This document shows, one piece after another, positions 27,742 to 37,325 of a stretch of 38,060 bases of DNA. Below the pieces are notes generated by a model that was not told the DNA's origin, did not search any database, and was given only the letters and a program-made list of their open reading frames with translations. Origin of the DNA: Pseudobacteriovorax sp. (GTDB taxonomy: Bacteria > Bdellovibrionota_B > Oligoflexia > Oligoflexales > Oligoflexaceae); NCBI GenBank assembly GCA_050293845.1, contig JBNKNM010000034.1:1-38060 (forward strand). Reading direction: 5' to 3'. Made by a program: the position numbers and the translations under genes. Each line of letters begins with the position of its first letter. Within the stretch, counting starts at the first letter, position 1.

Positions 27742-28458
27742 CTACGTAGTGGGTTTACGAAAGTAGTACTCCGCTATAATTTGGTCCTGGCCGATATTTT
27801 GCTTTTGTAACTGCTCAACCAGCTCAGAAATGACAAGTCCATCTCCGCAAAAGTAGTACATATCATCATGGTTAAAAATTCCTTGATGTTGTTTAAACAA
27901 TGATCTTGCCTCTACTTTTCGATCTTCAGTGTTCTCAACTGCAGGTAAGTGGGAACAGATCAGGTCAATAGGGGAAGGAATCTGCTCGCGTACAAAGTTT
28001 TCGCTCAAAAACTCGTCTGACGATCGCATCCAGATTACTGTTTTAACTTTTTCAATAGCCTTAGGGTGCTGAAGCAGTCCCATAATGCTATTAATTCCAG
28101 TATCGCTAGCTACGAAAATAGCATCTTTTTCTTGTTCAGCATTAAATAAAAACTTTCCCCAGGGGCCAGAAAAACTGACTTCATCGCCAACAGATAGCTT
28201 ATTGATGAATGCAGACCCCATGCCCTCAGGAATAGCCTGTGCTGCAATAGAGATCGTACCGGAATCATATTTAATGACAGTATAGGCCCGCTTCACTGTT
28301 TTGCCTGTAGTGGGAACGGGAATTTTCGTATCGACGATGATATATTTACCAGGAAGGTAATCAAAGTCTGACTCATCAGCTATTTTTAAATAAACCAGTT
28401 GCTGGCAGGAACCAAAACTAAGGGTCTTAGTTACTTGTGCTGCTTTGGATTTTGCCAT
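27742..28458 (-). CDS. FNR-family FAD/NAD(P)-binding oxidoreductase
   Basis: PGKY, RAYT (RxYS/T), G.GS, GPWG.F, DTGI, YFCG, terminal EYYF; GGAGAGG RBS. Confidence 0.85.
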   Translation of the reverse strand: MAKSKAAQVTKTLSFGSCQQLVYLKIADESDFDYLPGKYIIVDTKIPVPTTGKTVKRAYTVIKYDSGTISIAAQAIPEGMGSAFINKLSVGDEVSFSGPWGKFLFNAEQEKDAIFVASDTGINSIMGLLQHPKAIEKVKTVIWMRSSDEFLSENFVREQIPSPIDLICSHLPAVENTEDRKVEARSLFKQHQGIFNHDDMYYFCGDGLVISELVEQLQKQNIGQDQIIAEYYFRKPTT

Positions 28459-28497
28459 ATCCACCTCTCCTTATAAATGAATTTAATTTCATTATCT

Positions 28498-28872
28498 CTA
28501 GTTTACGGGATATACTTCATGGATATAGTCGTGAACCTCCTCAAGGTTATCGTAGAGGCTTTTAAGATTGTTGACATGATTTTCTAGGTCAAGTTCAATT
28601 TTTTTTGTCATAACAAGCAATGTTTTGTAATAAGCAGACTCCTTGGGGTCACTGGAAACATGGGCATGTTTCTCCTCTAATGCTGTAAGGCTGGACTCAA
28701 AAAAGCGCTTTAAGTCGTTAAGTGTTGCCGCTTCACTTAATGATGCTAAGCTCTTATTGGTTTTTATTTCGTCGCCCAGCTCATCAAGTTCGTGCTGTTT
28801 TTCACTGGGGTCATCAATACCAATTAAGTTCATAAGTCCTAATCTTAAAGCTGCAATTTCGCTACAAGCCAT
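28498..28872 (-). CDS. DUF3209-family protein
   Basis: N-terminus MAC.EI.ALRLGLMN..G is characteristic of this cobalamin-cluster family. Confidence 0.75.
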   Translation of the reverse strand: MACSEIAALRLGLMNLIGIDDPSEKQHELDELGDEIKTNKSLASLSEAATLNDLKRFFESSLTALEEKHAHVSSDPKESAYYKTLLVMTKKIELDLENHVNNLKSLYDNLEEVHDYIHEVYPVN

Positions 28873-28881
28873 GTTTATTCC

Positions 28882-30057
28882 TCACATTATCAAATCAATT
28901 CGATGTTGTACTAAGATTTCGTTAAACAAGTGCCCTTCTATAAGAGGGGGTATGTCTTCTACAGAAAAATTTCTATACCAGATGCCATCTGGATATACAG
29001 CAATTGTGGGGCCCTCACCACACTTTCCCATGCACGAGGTTCTGGTAATTTTATAATCTTTTAGTTTTTTACGACCCCGTAATTGACGTCTTAGCTGATG
29101 CAGTAATTCAATACTCCCGCGATTTGCACAGTCATGATTGGTACAAACTAAGACATGTTTTTTGATAGGTTTATGGGAATGTTCGGCTGAAGATCCTTGT
29201 TTATGGGTTTCCATATGTCTGAGGGACCATAGCAAAGTATCAAGCCCACCGACCTTGTTATGAAATTTACCAAGAGGAACCCGATACTGGCAGGTTCCAC
29301 AGGCTAGTGATGGCAATCGTGAATCTGTCACCTTGTCTTTAAGTGATGCTTTAAGGGCTTCCGAAGTGCCCAAAATGGGGAGTACCTCAAACTTGATCCA
29401 TGGAAACTGAATCTTGACATCCTCGATTTTTTTAAAGATTCGTTCAACAAGTAGGCCAGGATATAGAAAATAAGGTAGAATGAAGATCCTTTTCATACGA
29501 AGTCCGATAGCTTTTGCTAAGGTCTCGTCAAAAAGTGGCGAGGTAATCCCGATAAAACTAGGGATAGACCAAATGAAGCCAGAAGATTCGGCTATTTTTC
29601 GGATTTGGCTGACAAATTCACCATTGGCGTCAATATCACTAGCCCCTCTTCCCACTGCCAGCAGCAGATCTTGCTCTGGTTTAAGTTGAAACCCTTTGAG
29701 ACAGTCATGATAAAAATTCACAATATGGTGGGACTGCCCTAACGCCGATGACAAAGTGATTTTAGTGCCGGGATGGCTCGACTTTATTTGGTCTACCAGA
29801 ATTGCTAAATCATTCTTTACATGGCCCGCATTAAATAACATGGCAGGTACAATGACTATTTCTTGGCTTTCAGCTGCAGAGAGATGCAAAACCTCAGCAA
29901 TATGCGGTTTGGCAAGTTCAATAAAACCATAACTAAACTTGAGCGGAGCGAACTTTTTAGCAAAAGTTTTGACAAGATCCTTGAACTGATTGTTAGCAGT
30001 CTCGCGACGACTCCCGTGACCAACTAATACGACTGATTTTGGAAGGGTTTTGCTCAA
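28882..30057 (-). CDS. cbiX: Sirohydrochlorin cobaltochelatase (long CbiX) fused to a thioredoxin-like [2Fe-2S] ferredoxin
   Basis: VGHGSR, FIELA.P, AGHVKND, GRG.SD..AN, CxxC, His-rich linker, then VCTNHDC...SCMGKCGEGP..VYPDGIWY. Confidence 0.9.
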   Translation of the reverse strand: MSKTLPKSVVLVGHGSRRETANNQFKDLVKTFAKKFAPLKFSYGFIELAKPHIAEVLHLSAAESQEIVIVPAMLFNAGHVKNDLAILVDQIKSSHPGTKITLSSALGQSHHIVNFYHDCLKGFQLKPEQDLLLAVGRGASDIDANGEFVSQIRKIAESSGFIWSIPSFIGITSPLFDETLAKAIGLRMKRIFILPYFLYPGLLVERIFKKIEDVKIQFPWIKFEVLPILGTSEALKASLKDKVTDSRLPSLACGTCQYRVPLGKFHNKVGGLDTLLWSLRHMETHKQGSSAEHSHKPIKKHVLVCTNHDCANRGSIELLHQLRRQLRGRKKLKDYKITRTSCMGKCGEGPTIAVYPDGIWYRNFSVEDIPPLIEGHLFNEILVQHRIDLIM

Positions 30058-30355
30058 AATTTAACGCCTTTTTTATAATCTGTGATGGAATGTCTCCACT
30101 CACACCGTTTCGATGCTGGCTTAATATCCATTGCTTTAAGCAGTCAAGGTCACTATCAGCTAGTTTTCCTAAGATATAGGTATTTTTCTGCCAATAGAAC
30201 ATAGCAGAACGTTTTAAGCAAATACCTAAGCAATCTGATTTGGAAAGATAAACCGTAGTATACAATGAATGTTCACGCCAAAAACCTTCTATCTCCTCCA
30301 TTCTTCCACATTGGTTATAGCAGCAGAGTATCAACCATCCTTTAGATCGCAGCAT
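29993..30355 (-). CDS. Small thioredoxin-like ferredoxin-type protein
   Basis: CC...CG and SDCLGIC motifs. ATG at 30355 overlaps the cbtA end and fills the operon gap. Confidence 0.55.
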   Translation of the reverse strand: MLRSKGWLILCCYNQCGRMEEIEGFWREHSLYTTVYLSKSDCLGICLKRSAMFYWQKNTYILGKLADSDLDCLKQWILSQHRNGVSGDIPSQIIKKALNFEQNPSKISRISWSRESSRDC

Positions 30356-31058
30356 GATCTGAAATTTTATTGAAGTCCAATGTTTTGCAAGCGATCCAGC
30401 CGACCAATAAACCTGTAAACAACCAAGATAGTAAGTTTGTAAGCCAGACATAAACCGTAAATTGTTTTGCTAGCAAAAAAGGAGCACTACCACCAAATAT
30501 TTCTGCCGCCGGTGGATGGTATACAAAAGGTATTAAGATTAAAGTGAATCCGACAAATCGAACCCACACTTTCCCTTTGTAGATCATCATATTAAGACCA
30601 ATAAAAGAACTACCTGCAACTAGAAGCCACCAGAACTGTCGTGCTTCCAGGGGAGCTGCTGTGGCTCCAGGAAGCTCAGGATGCAACCCAAGAGCAGGAG
30701 CTGCAAAAAGCGAGTAAAACCCGATGAGACCCATGGAGACACCATCGTACCAACGGTTTTTTTTGTGAAGCAGCAGCATGATCATTATAGAAAGAACCCA
30801 CACGGTGCAAATTACGCTGTTCATTACCCAAGTCTTGATTAGCCTAGCTTCAATGGTAGCTGGTTGAGGGTGGCCTGCTTCCTCAATATGCTGGTGGTTC
30901 CCATGAATGTTTTCACTTTCATAGGATATAATAGGGCCTCCTTCAAATTGTTCGGCTTGAAGAATTAAGGGAATAACTTTTTGGCTCTGTAGGAAAGTTA
31001 AAAAACTCCCCGATATAAGGGCTGTTAAAACAACCAACCCAAAGACTTTACTGATCAT
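30342..31058 (-). CDS. cbtA: Cobalt transporter subunit CbtA
   Basis: PLILQAEQFE, His-rich loop, P.LGL.PELPG..AA.L.ARQ.WW, multiple transmembrane segments. Confidence 0.92.
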   Translation of the reverse strand: MISKVFGLVVLTALISGSFLTFLQSQKVIPLILQAEQFEGGPIISYESENIHGNHQHIEEAGHPQPATIEARLIKTWVMNSVICTVWVLSIMIMLLLHKKNRWYDGVSMGLIGFYSLFAAPALGLHPELPGATAAPLEARQFWWLLVAGSSFIGLNMMIYKGKVWVRFVGFTLILIPFVYHPPAAEIFGGSAPFLLAKQFTVYVWLTNLLSWLFTGLLVGWIACKTLDFNKISDHAAI

Positions 31059-31067
31059 ATTTATAAC

Positions 31068-31250
31068 CTAATGACAAGGGAATGTTGCACTGTGCCTCGC
31101 ATCATGTGCGGCATCGTGTATAGTGTTACTATGGGAAAATCCCACCATATATAGTAAAAACAAAGCAGCAAAGGACATAGATAGAAGTAATGTCACACGC
31201 GTGGATGCTGAGAGTGGCACGGCACCGACTTTTGCAGTCTCTATAGACAT
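31068..31250 (-). CDS. cbtB: Cobalt transporter subunit CbtB
   Basis: One transmembrane segment plus HDAAHD.RH...FPCH; AGGAGAG RBS before the ATG at 31250. Confidence 0.92.
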   Translation of the reverse strand: MSIETAKVGAVPLSASTRVTLLLSMSFAALFLLYMVGFSHSNTIHDAAHDARHSATFPCH

Positions 31251-31365
31251 AGTTGTAAGCTCTCCTGAAAGTTTAAAAATAATAATAACCATACTATTGC
31301 GGATAGTCACCGCTCTTGCCATTGCGAAATATAGTCCGCAGCAAGCTCAAAGCTACTGTATATTC

Positions 31366-31464
31366 TCAGTCGTTGGTGACTTGCAAATAAGGCTTAGCCT
31401 CATATCGTCCGAAGGCTTTTGCAAATCCAGTTCCTAAGTTTTGGTTTATAGGGATATCAAGCAT
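31366..31464 (-). CDS. Putative 32-aa small ORF directly after the riboswitch
   Basis: GAGGAGG, 7 nt, ATG; encodes MLDIPINQNLGTGFAKAFGRYEAKPYLQVTND*. Confidence 0.45.
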   Translation of the reverse strand: MLDIPINQNLGTGFAKAFGRYEAKPYLQVTND

Positions 31465-31469
31465 AGATG

Positions 31470-31580
31470 TACCTCCTCGGGTTTTATGGAATGCTTGAAC
31501 AGGATCTGGCTTACCTTGGCGGATTACAGTTGCGGGACAGCGTCGGATTCTCACACGACTTCACTGAAAAAGCATTTATT
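31470..31580 (-). ncRNA. Cobalamin riboswitch (short form)
   Basis: Minus strand reads AGTGAA-GTCG-TGTGAGAATC-CGAC-GCTGTCCCGCAACTGTAA...AAGCCAGA, with closing helix AATGCTT/AAGCATT. Lies upstream of cbtBA and the cbi genes. Confidence 0.92.
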
Positions 31581-31590
31581 CAGGGGAGGG

Positions 31591-31599
31591 ATTCTAACA
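31591..31599 (-). promoter_or_regulatory. Candidate extended -10 promoter (TGnTAGAAT) for the B12 operon
   Basis: TGTTAGAAT about 10 nt upstream of the aptamer; no well-spaced -35. Confidence 0.35.
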
Positions 31600-31652
31600 G
31601 AAGGAAAACGAGACGACTACAAAAAAGTGGATCTTGATATGAAAAAATACAA

Positions 31653-33317
31653 TTAATAAAAATTTGTATCCTCAGTTTCATATTTAGGGTTCGAGCTTTT
31701 AGCAAAGCGATCATGTTCCGAAGTTGTACGTCGATTTTCTGGAATAAAAGACATAGCTCTTTCAGCAAGAGCTGTTATGGTGAGGGAAGGGTTCACCCCT
31801 GGATTCGCAGAAACTGCAGATCCATCGATTACATAAAGGCCGGGGTAGTTATATACTTCATGACGGGAGTTGATCACTCCTGAATCAACACTCTTACCCA
31901 TGCAGCATCCCCCTAGGATATGGGCTGTTGAAGGGATTCCCATGATAGACTCTGTTATGAGACTAACAAGAGTACCATTTACTTTTTCTGCAAACTTTTT
32001 GGCAAGACTGGTTGCTTCAGGAATAAATGCTTGGGGTGCCTGGCCATCGTCGAGCTCTGTTGCTGTCTTGATCCCTAATAGTCTCACAAGCCCCGTTGTA
32101 CGCTTCAGGGAAAGTGTAGCCTCTAAGCTTCTCATATATAATAAGATTTGGCTTTTGACTGCAAAGTCTTTAACAAACAAAACCTTTAACCAAAGCTTAG
32201 GAGACTTAATGATTTCCTTTAATCCATAAAGCAAGCGATGCCATACATTATTTCCGGGGGAGTGGGGATATATTAAGGTTCGAAGGAAACCTGATCCTTT
32301 AGAATAGCGTACTGGTTCCATATGGGAATGATCGTCTGTACAGATAATGGAACTGATAGCAACACCTTTCGAAAAATCTTGTTTAGAATCGGGGGAAACA
32401 ACGCCAATCAGCGCCTCATTATTGGTTCTTATAAACCGGCCCAGTGTTCGGGATAGATTTGGTAGACAGTTCTTTTTTGACTGTAATTTTAATAAAAGCG
32501 GAACCGTTCCCAATACCCCGCCGCTGAGTATAACCTTGTCAGCAGTTATGGTTTTATGATGCCTCTTTAGCCAACCTTCTGATTTTACAGCCTTGAGTAC
32601 ATAACCAGCATTAGCTTTTTGAGGGGCTATTTCAACAACCTGAGTATCAGCTTGAATGGTACAGCCAAATTTTTCCGCTAAGTATAGGTAATTCTTATCA
32701 AGGGTGTTTTTAGAATTGAAACGGCAACCAATCATGCAACCGCCACAGTAAATGCAACCGGTTCTATCTGGACCATGACCGTTAAAGTAGGGATCAGGTA
32801 CTGTAAGCCCAGGCTTTCCCATGTAAACAGAAATGCAGGTTGGATGAAAAGATTTCTCCCGACCGATATCGTGTGCCACTTCATTTAGAGCTTCATCGGT
32901 AAAGGTTGAGTACTGGTTTTCAGTGGCCCCTAGCATACGACGGGCAGTTTGGTAATGGGCTTTGAGCTCTTGTTGCCAATCGGCTAGAGCGGACCAAGAG
33001 GGAGCTTTAAAAAATTTTTCATTTGGTATCGGTAGAGTGTTACCATAAACAAGCGATCCTCCGCCAACTCCAACTCCAGAGAATACTGTGAGGTGACGAA
33101 AAAGGCTGATATTAAACAATCCTCGCCAATTCAGGCTTGGAAACCAGAGCCAGCGTTTAAGATTCCAATTTGATTCAGGGAAATCTTCGGCCGTCAGTCT
33201 CTGACCTTTTTCTAAAATCAGGACTTTATAGCCTTTTTCAGATAGCCTCAAGGCGCTTACGCTTCCCCCAAACCCAGATCCTACAATGACAAAATCATAA
33301 TGATTACGATTAGGCAT
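31653..33317 (-). CDS. GMC oxidoreductase, cholesterol oxidase (ChoD-like)
   Basis: GSGFGGSV.ALRL.EKGY, GVGGGSLVY.NTL, C..CG.CM.GCR..KNTL..NYL, TAHILGG, NPGVNPSLTITA.AER. Confidence 0.88.
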   Translation of the reverse strand: MPNRNHYDFVIVGSGFGGSVSALRLSEKGYKVLILEKGQRLTAEDFPESNWNLKRWLWFPSLNWRGLFNISLFRHLTVFSGVGVGGGSLVYGNTLPIPNEKFFKAPSWSALADWQQELKAHYQTARRMLGATENQYSTFTDEALNEVAHDIGREKSFHPTCISVYMGKPGLTVPDPYFNGHGPDRTGCIYCGGCMIGCRFNSKNTLDKNYLYLAEKFGCTIQADTQVVEIAPQKANAGYVLKAVKSEGWLKRHHKTITADKVILSGGVLGTVPLLLKLQSKKNCLPNLSRTLGRFIRTNNEALIGVVSPDSKQDFSKGVAISSIICTDDHSHMEPVRYSKGSGFLRTLIYPHSPGNNVWHRLLYGLKEIIKSPKLWLKVLFVKDFAVKSQILLYMRSLEATLSLKRTTGLVRLLGIKTATELDDGQAPQAFIPEATSLAKKFAEKVNGTLVSLITESIMGIPSTAHILGGCCMGKSVDSGVINSRHEVYNYPGLYVIDGSAVSANPGVNPSLTITALAERAMSFIPENRRTTSEHDRFAKSSNPKYETEDTNFY

Positions 33318-33436
33318 GTCCCCATTCCTCTAAAACTATGGTCCTCTTATCAAGAGGCACTAAAGATTGCCATCGCAATACTTATCGGTTTAATTTCAAA
33401 TACGTAAACTATTATCTTTCTGTGTCCTTAGCTTCA

Positions 33437-34546
33437 CTAGATTAGATGAGGCATGCTTTCTCCTGGATTGTAATAGCTGTTCTGATCAAGTCTATATAAG
33501 TCACCCAAGGCTGCTGCAATTTTTCTGGGCTGTTTGACGTTCATTCTGCCATGCCCCCAGAGAATATTATTCAAGATGAGTAAGTCACCTCTTTGCCAGC
33601 GAAAAATTGTAGAGCATTGCCAAGACGTCTTGATAATGGAAAACGTTTCATGTTTTGTGAGTGGTTCTCCATTACCCCATAGCGTCTTCATAAATGTATC
33701 TTTTTTACCCCATTGATACTCTATAAACCAAGATAAAAACCGTCGGTATAGGGGGTTAAAGCGATGAGAAAACTGCTTGAGATCACAAGAGGCTGACCAT
33801 TCATTAAAGATAGTCATACTGATACAAGTTTTGTGGCTTTTATGATGGGTGATAACACCTGGAAGACAAATTTCGGTAATAAGGTCTCCCTTACTAGTCC
33901 AACGATAATCCAGTCCAAGTAAGGTACAAATTTTTTCAGCTTCTTCCACAGAGTTGGAGTGGTAGGCTTCCTTCCAGGATTTGTTCACGTTTAAAAAGGA
34001 TTTACTACTCTTATTGTAGCGGCGATAACATATTCCATACTTACATAGTTTTTTTTGAATGGAAGGTGCTAATAATGAAAAAGTTTGTTCACAGTCGAAC
34101 AGCGAAGTTTCCCCATATTTTTGAGGTTGGTTAATACAGTGAAAGATAATGATATGGGGACGCTCTTTAAGATAACACATCTCTGTATGAAAGCTAATAA
34201 TATAGGGAGCTGGAGCTCCCGTCGAAGAGAACGTATAATTAGTTAACAGCTTTCGGGGGCTGAGGCCTCCCAAGTACTGATTGTCCATTTTAATGCCTAA
34301 ATTTAGAATAAGCTCTTCTGCTGCATAGGCATCGGCTATGGGAAAGTTACGAAAAAGCAAGGCTCCGTGGGTTTCAAGTTTGCCTTTGATAGCGTCTTTA
34401 TTTTCTCTGAAATGATGACGAAGGTCGGTATATTCCCAAGATTGTTGACCATCTATAACATGAAGCCGACTCTGTTGACAGGGAGCGTCACTAGAATACT
34501 CTTGAGCTAATAACGCTCTTTCGTTAATCAGGTTTTGATTAATCAC
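33437..34546 (-). CDS. TauD/TfdA-family (SyrP-like) Fe(II)/2-oxoglutarate oxygenase
   Basis: HGALLFRNF, H-x-E (FHTEM), GET, WQRGDLLI.NN...HGR; GTGA overlap with the upstream gene. Confidence 0.85.
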   Translation of the reverse strand: MINQNLINERALLAQEYSSDAPCQQSRLHVIDGQQSWEYTDLRHHFRENKDAIKGKLETHGALLFRNFPIADAYAAEELILNLGIKMDNQYLGGLSPRKLLTNYTFSSTGAPAPYIISFHTEMCYLKERPHIIIFHCINQPQKYGETSLFDCEQTFSLLAPSIQKKLCKYGICYRRYNKSSKSFLNVNKSWKEAYHSNSVEEAEKICTLLGLDYRWTSKGDLITEICLPGVITHHKSHKTCISMTIFNEWSASCDLKQFSHRFNPLYRRFLSWFIEYQWGKKDTFMKTLWGNGEPLTKHETFSIIKTSWQCSTIFRWQRGDLLILNNILWGHGRMNVKQPRKIAAALGDLYRLDQNSYYNPGESMPHLI

Positions 34547-35487
34547 AGCTGTGTTCCTAGATTTTCTGAAAATGTCGCCTGGTGCAAGGCTTGGCTAATG
34601 CGCTGTCTGGTGCCTATGAACTCACTAATAAATTTAAAATAAGCATTAAGAACGGCCTCTGGATCTTCTAAATGGGGGTAATGACCAATATCGCTTAGTT
34701 CACAAATAAATCCTTTATTTTCAACAACATGACGATATCTGTCGACCATATGCCGGCCGGAAATAGGGTCGCTTGAACCATTTATAATGGCCTTAGGGGC
34801 CGTGTGCATATTTAAGCAAGAAACCCATCGTGTGCGATTCTTTTGCCTTTGTTTGATATAGCTCATTAATTTATGTAACTGTAATTTTCCTTTATTGTAG
34901 TTTAGAATTTCCCAGAGTTTATCTATCTCGTAATGGGAGGGTGGTGTATGCTTACCAAACACCTTTTTCAAAGTTTGTTTAAATCGATATTTATTACCCC
35001 ATCTGCTGATGCTCCCACCTAATGGACCTGTCAGGAGTTTTTGGATGAGTAGAGGGTGATGAGTCTCTGGAAAAAGTCCACCATTTAAAAAGCAAACCGA
35101 TTGCACCCTTGCTTGTTGCTCCTTGGAGCTAAGATCCCTTGCCAAAAGCTCTTGGGCCACGGTATCCCCATAATCATGGGCCAGAATGTGGTATGTATTA
35201 ATATTAAGGCGGGATAAGACTGCTTCAACGATATCAGCTTGAGTCGCAATGAAATAGTCCGCATCCTTGGGTTTTTCAGAAAATCCGAGCCCGAGAAAAT
35301 CCAATGCTATGATATGGAAATATTTTCCCAGCTCATCTGCGATCTTATAAAAATCCCAGGATGAGCTGGGATAACCATGTAATAATAACAGAGGCTTGGT
35401 TCTAGGGTCGCCCCATGTCCTGTAGAATATTCTATAGCCATCATGTATCAGAAATTTTCCAGTCAGTTTCCAGTTTTCAGGGCTCAT
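34543..35487 (-). CDS. Alpha/beta hydrolase, epoxide hydrolase/MEST-like (Asp nucleophile)
   Basis: LHGYPSSSWD, G.GFS.KP, AHDYGDTVAQEL, DPISG, GHYP.LE. Confidence 0.9.
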   Translation of the reverse strand: MSPENWKLTGKFLIHDGYRIFYRTWGDPRTKPLLLLHGYPSSSWDFYKIADELGKYFHIIALDFLGLGFSEKPKDADYFIATQADIVEAVLSRLNINTYHILAHDYGDTVAQELLARDLSSKEQQARVQSVCFLNGGLFPETHHPLLIQKLLTGPLGGSISRWGNKYRFKQTLKKVFGKHTPPSHYEIDKLWEILNYNKGKLQLHKLMSYIKQRQKNRTRWVSCLNMHTAPKAIINGSSDPISGRHMVDRYRHVVENKGFICELSDIGHYPHLEDPEAVLNAYFKFISEFIGTRQRISQALHQATFSENLGTQL

Positions 35488-35511
35488 AATACCCCTCCTA
35501 TCAAATGCATT

Positions 35512-37233
35512 CTAATGCAGTTTAGAACGCAACAATCGACCAAATTTTTTCTTATCAAGATCATGGGACAGCTGGCCATTTTCCTTCGCCAACTTCCCAT
35601 TTATAATGACATGGGTAACAGTTTCACCAGAGTCAGTCACCATACGCATATGCCCATTGGCTTTCGGATCATTTCTTTCAAGAGCTGGGCTGAGATCACT
35701 ATCCAATCGATGAGGGTCGATGATACAAATGTCGGCAATTGTATTTTCTTTAATAAACCCGGTGTCGATGCCCAACCATACGGCCAGCTCACCTGTTAAA
35801 CGGTAGATAGCCCGTTCTACGCTCATCATATCTTCGTACTTTTGTGCATCCCTGAGTAGGCAGAGGTGTGCATGTTGGAAAGCCATATTTCTATTATGGG
35901 CACCAGCATCGCTAAAACCAGGAAAATTAAAAGGATGGTTCAGAAGTTGATGCAAAATTTTGGGTCGATCATTGGCGATGGTAGAAACCCAGCGCACTTT
36001 TTCATCATATGTTTCTAACAGGTTCATGAAATACTCAGTGGCATCGATATTTTGTTTCAATGCTAATGAACCAAAACTTTGTCCTATATGGGCTGAAACA
36101 GGAGAATCTACGATTGTCATAGTATTTAGATCGCGATGAAAACTGCGTCCAAACTTCCGATCCCATTCCTTTTTAAACTGCTTACGAAAACGATCTGATT
36201 TTAACAAACTGCGTCGATCGCGGACATCATCAAGGTCGAGCAATCTTGAGCCTGCATCAAACTCTTCAAACATGGGAGTGTTGCAACCATCACTCCAAAC
36301 CTCAAAAGAATTAGCTAAGGTTTGAAAACGGAAGTTTCCGCGAAGAATATAGTTTGCTGTATTGCTCAGCCAGGTGGCTATTTTATGGAGAAACCGGTTG
36401 CTGCGAAAATCTAGTGCGGCCAGAGCTGTTACTTTTAGAGAACGTCGCATCAAGCCACCGCTGAGCCAAGCTAGTAGTAGAACAGACTGCTTTTTATTGG
36501 CATTGGGGGTTGCTTGAAGTATTCTCCCCCGTTTACGTAAAACATTGGCAAGATACTTATATTCCCTGTATGTGGCATTTTGTGAGGGTATCGAAGCTCC
36601 ATCGTATTGTGATCCATGCATTCGATGCCACTGCAGCATATCTATACTCAATCCTAAGAATCCAGCATTAAGGGCATCATTTAAAATTTCAGTCATTTTT
36701 TTCAAGTCGGAAATTGATGCTTTAGTCCGTGAGAAGCACTTGTATTTCTCCAGTACTGCCATACGGATATTGGAATGACCTATGAAAGCTGCTACATTGG
36801 GCCCTAGAGCACAAGATTCTAGGTGCTCATAATATTCTGAAGGTGTTTTCCAGTTAACTTTACCTTTGATCCACTTCTGTAAAACTGATTTTGGAAGATT
36901 CTCGACTCTGGCAAAGAGGTCGGTGATATCTTCTTCTGGACCTACGGCTAAAGATAAGGAGCAGTTGCCAATGACTGTGGTCGTGACTCCATGTCGTACA
37001 CTTTCTTGCAAACCAGGATAGGCTTCAATTTCAGCGTCGTAGTGGGTGTGAATGTCTATAAACCCAGGAGTCACCCACTTTCCCCTGGCGTCAATAACTT
37101 TATCTGCTAAAAGATCAATATTTTCACCGATTTCTACAATACGCCCCCCTTTAATAGCAATACTGCCGATTTTTGGAGTAGAGCCAGTTCCGTCAAACAA
37201 CAGGCCATTTTGTATGAGTATATCTAGTGACAT
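35512..37233 (-). CDS. N-acyl-D-amino-acid deacylase-family amidohydrolase
   Basis: DGTG, PGFIDIHTHYD, HGVTT..GNCS, SDAGAH. Start may be 37233 or 37266/37281. Confidence 0.88.
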   Translation of the reverse strand: MSLDILIQNGLLFDGTGSTPKIGSIAIKGGRIVEIGENIDLLADKVIDARGKWVTPGFIDIHTHYDAEIEAYPGLQESVRHGVTTTVIGNCSLSLAVGPEEDITDLFARVENLPKSVLQKWIKGKVNWKTPSEYYEHLESCALGPNVAAFIGHSNIRMAVLEKYKCFSRTKASISDLKKMTEILNDALNAGFLGLSIDMLQWHRMHGSQYDGASIPSQNATYREYKYLANVLRKRGRILQATPNANKKQSVLLLAWLSGGLMRRSLKVTALAALDFRSNRFLHKIATWLSNTANYILRGNFRFQTLANSFEVWSDGCNTPMFEEFDAGSRLLDLDDVRDRRSLLKSDRFRKQFKKEWDRKFGRSFHRDLNTMTIVDSPVSAHIGQSFGSLALKQNIDATEYFMNLLETYDEKVRWVSTIANDRPKILHQLLNHPFNFPGFSDAGAHNRNMAFQHAHLCLLRDAQKYEDMMSVERAIYRLTGELAVWLGIDTGFIKENTIADICIIDPHRLDSDLSPALERNDPKANGHMRMVTDSGETVTHVIINGKLAKENGQLSHDLDKKKFGRLLRSKLH

Positions 37234-37325
37234 TGTAGAACCCCTGTTTTCTTTGAGTACTCCCATCTTGGATATATTCACAATAATGTCAATGAAGCTT
37301 ATTTTTCTCCTTTTTTAAATTAGAT

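Noticed and set aside
31465..31554. 5' part of the 62-aa ORF 31366-31554
   Set aside because: It is the riboswitch aptamer read as codons.
401..37318. Many short antisense or overlapping ORFs in the track (e.g. 401-814, 3238-3462, 18466-18708, 28643-29056)
   Set aside because: Shadow frames of well-supported genes, with no motifs or RBS.
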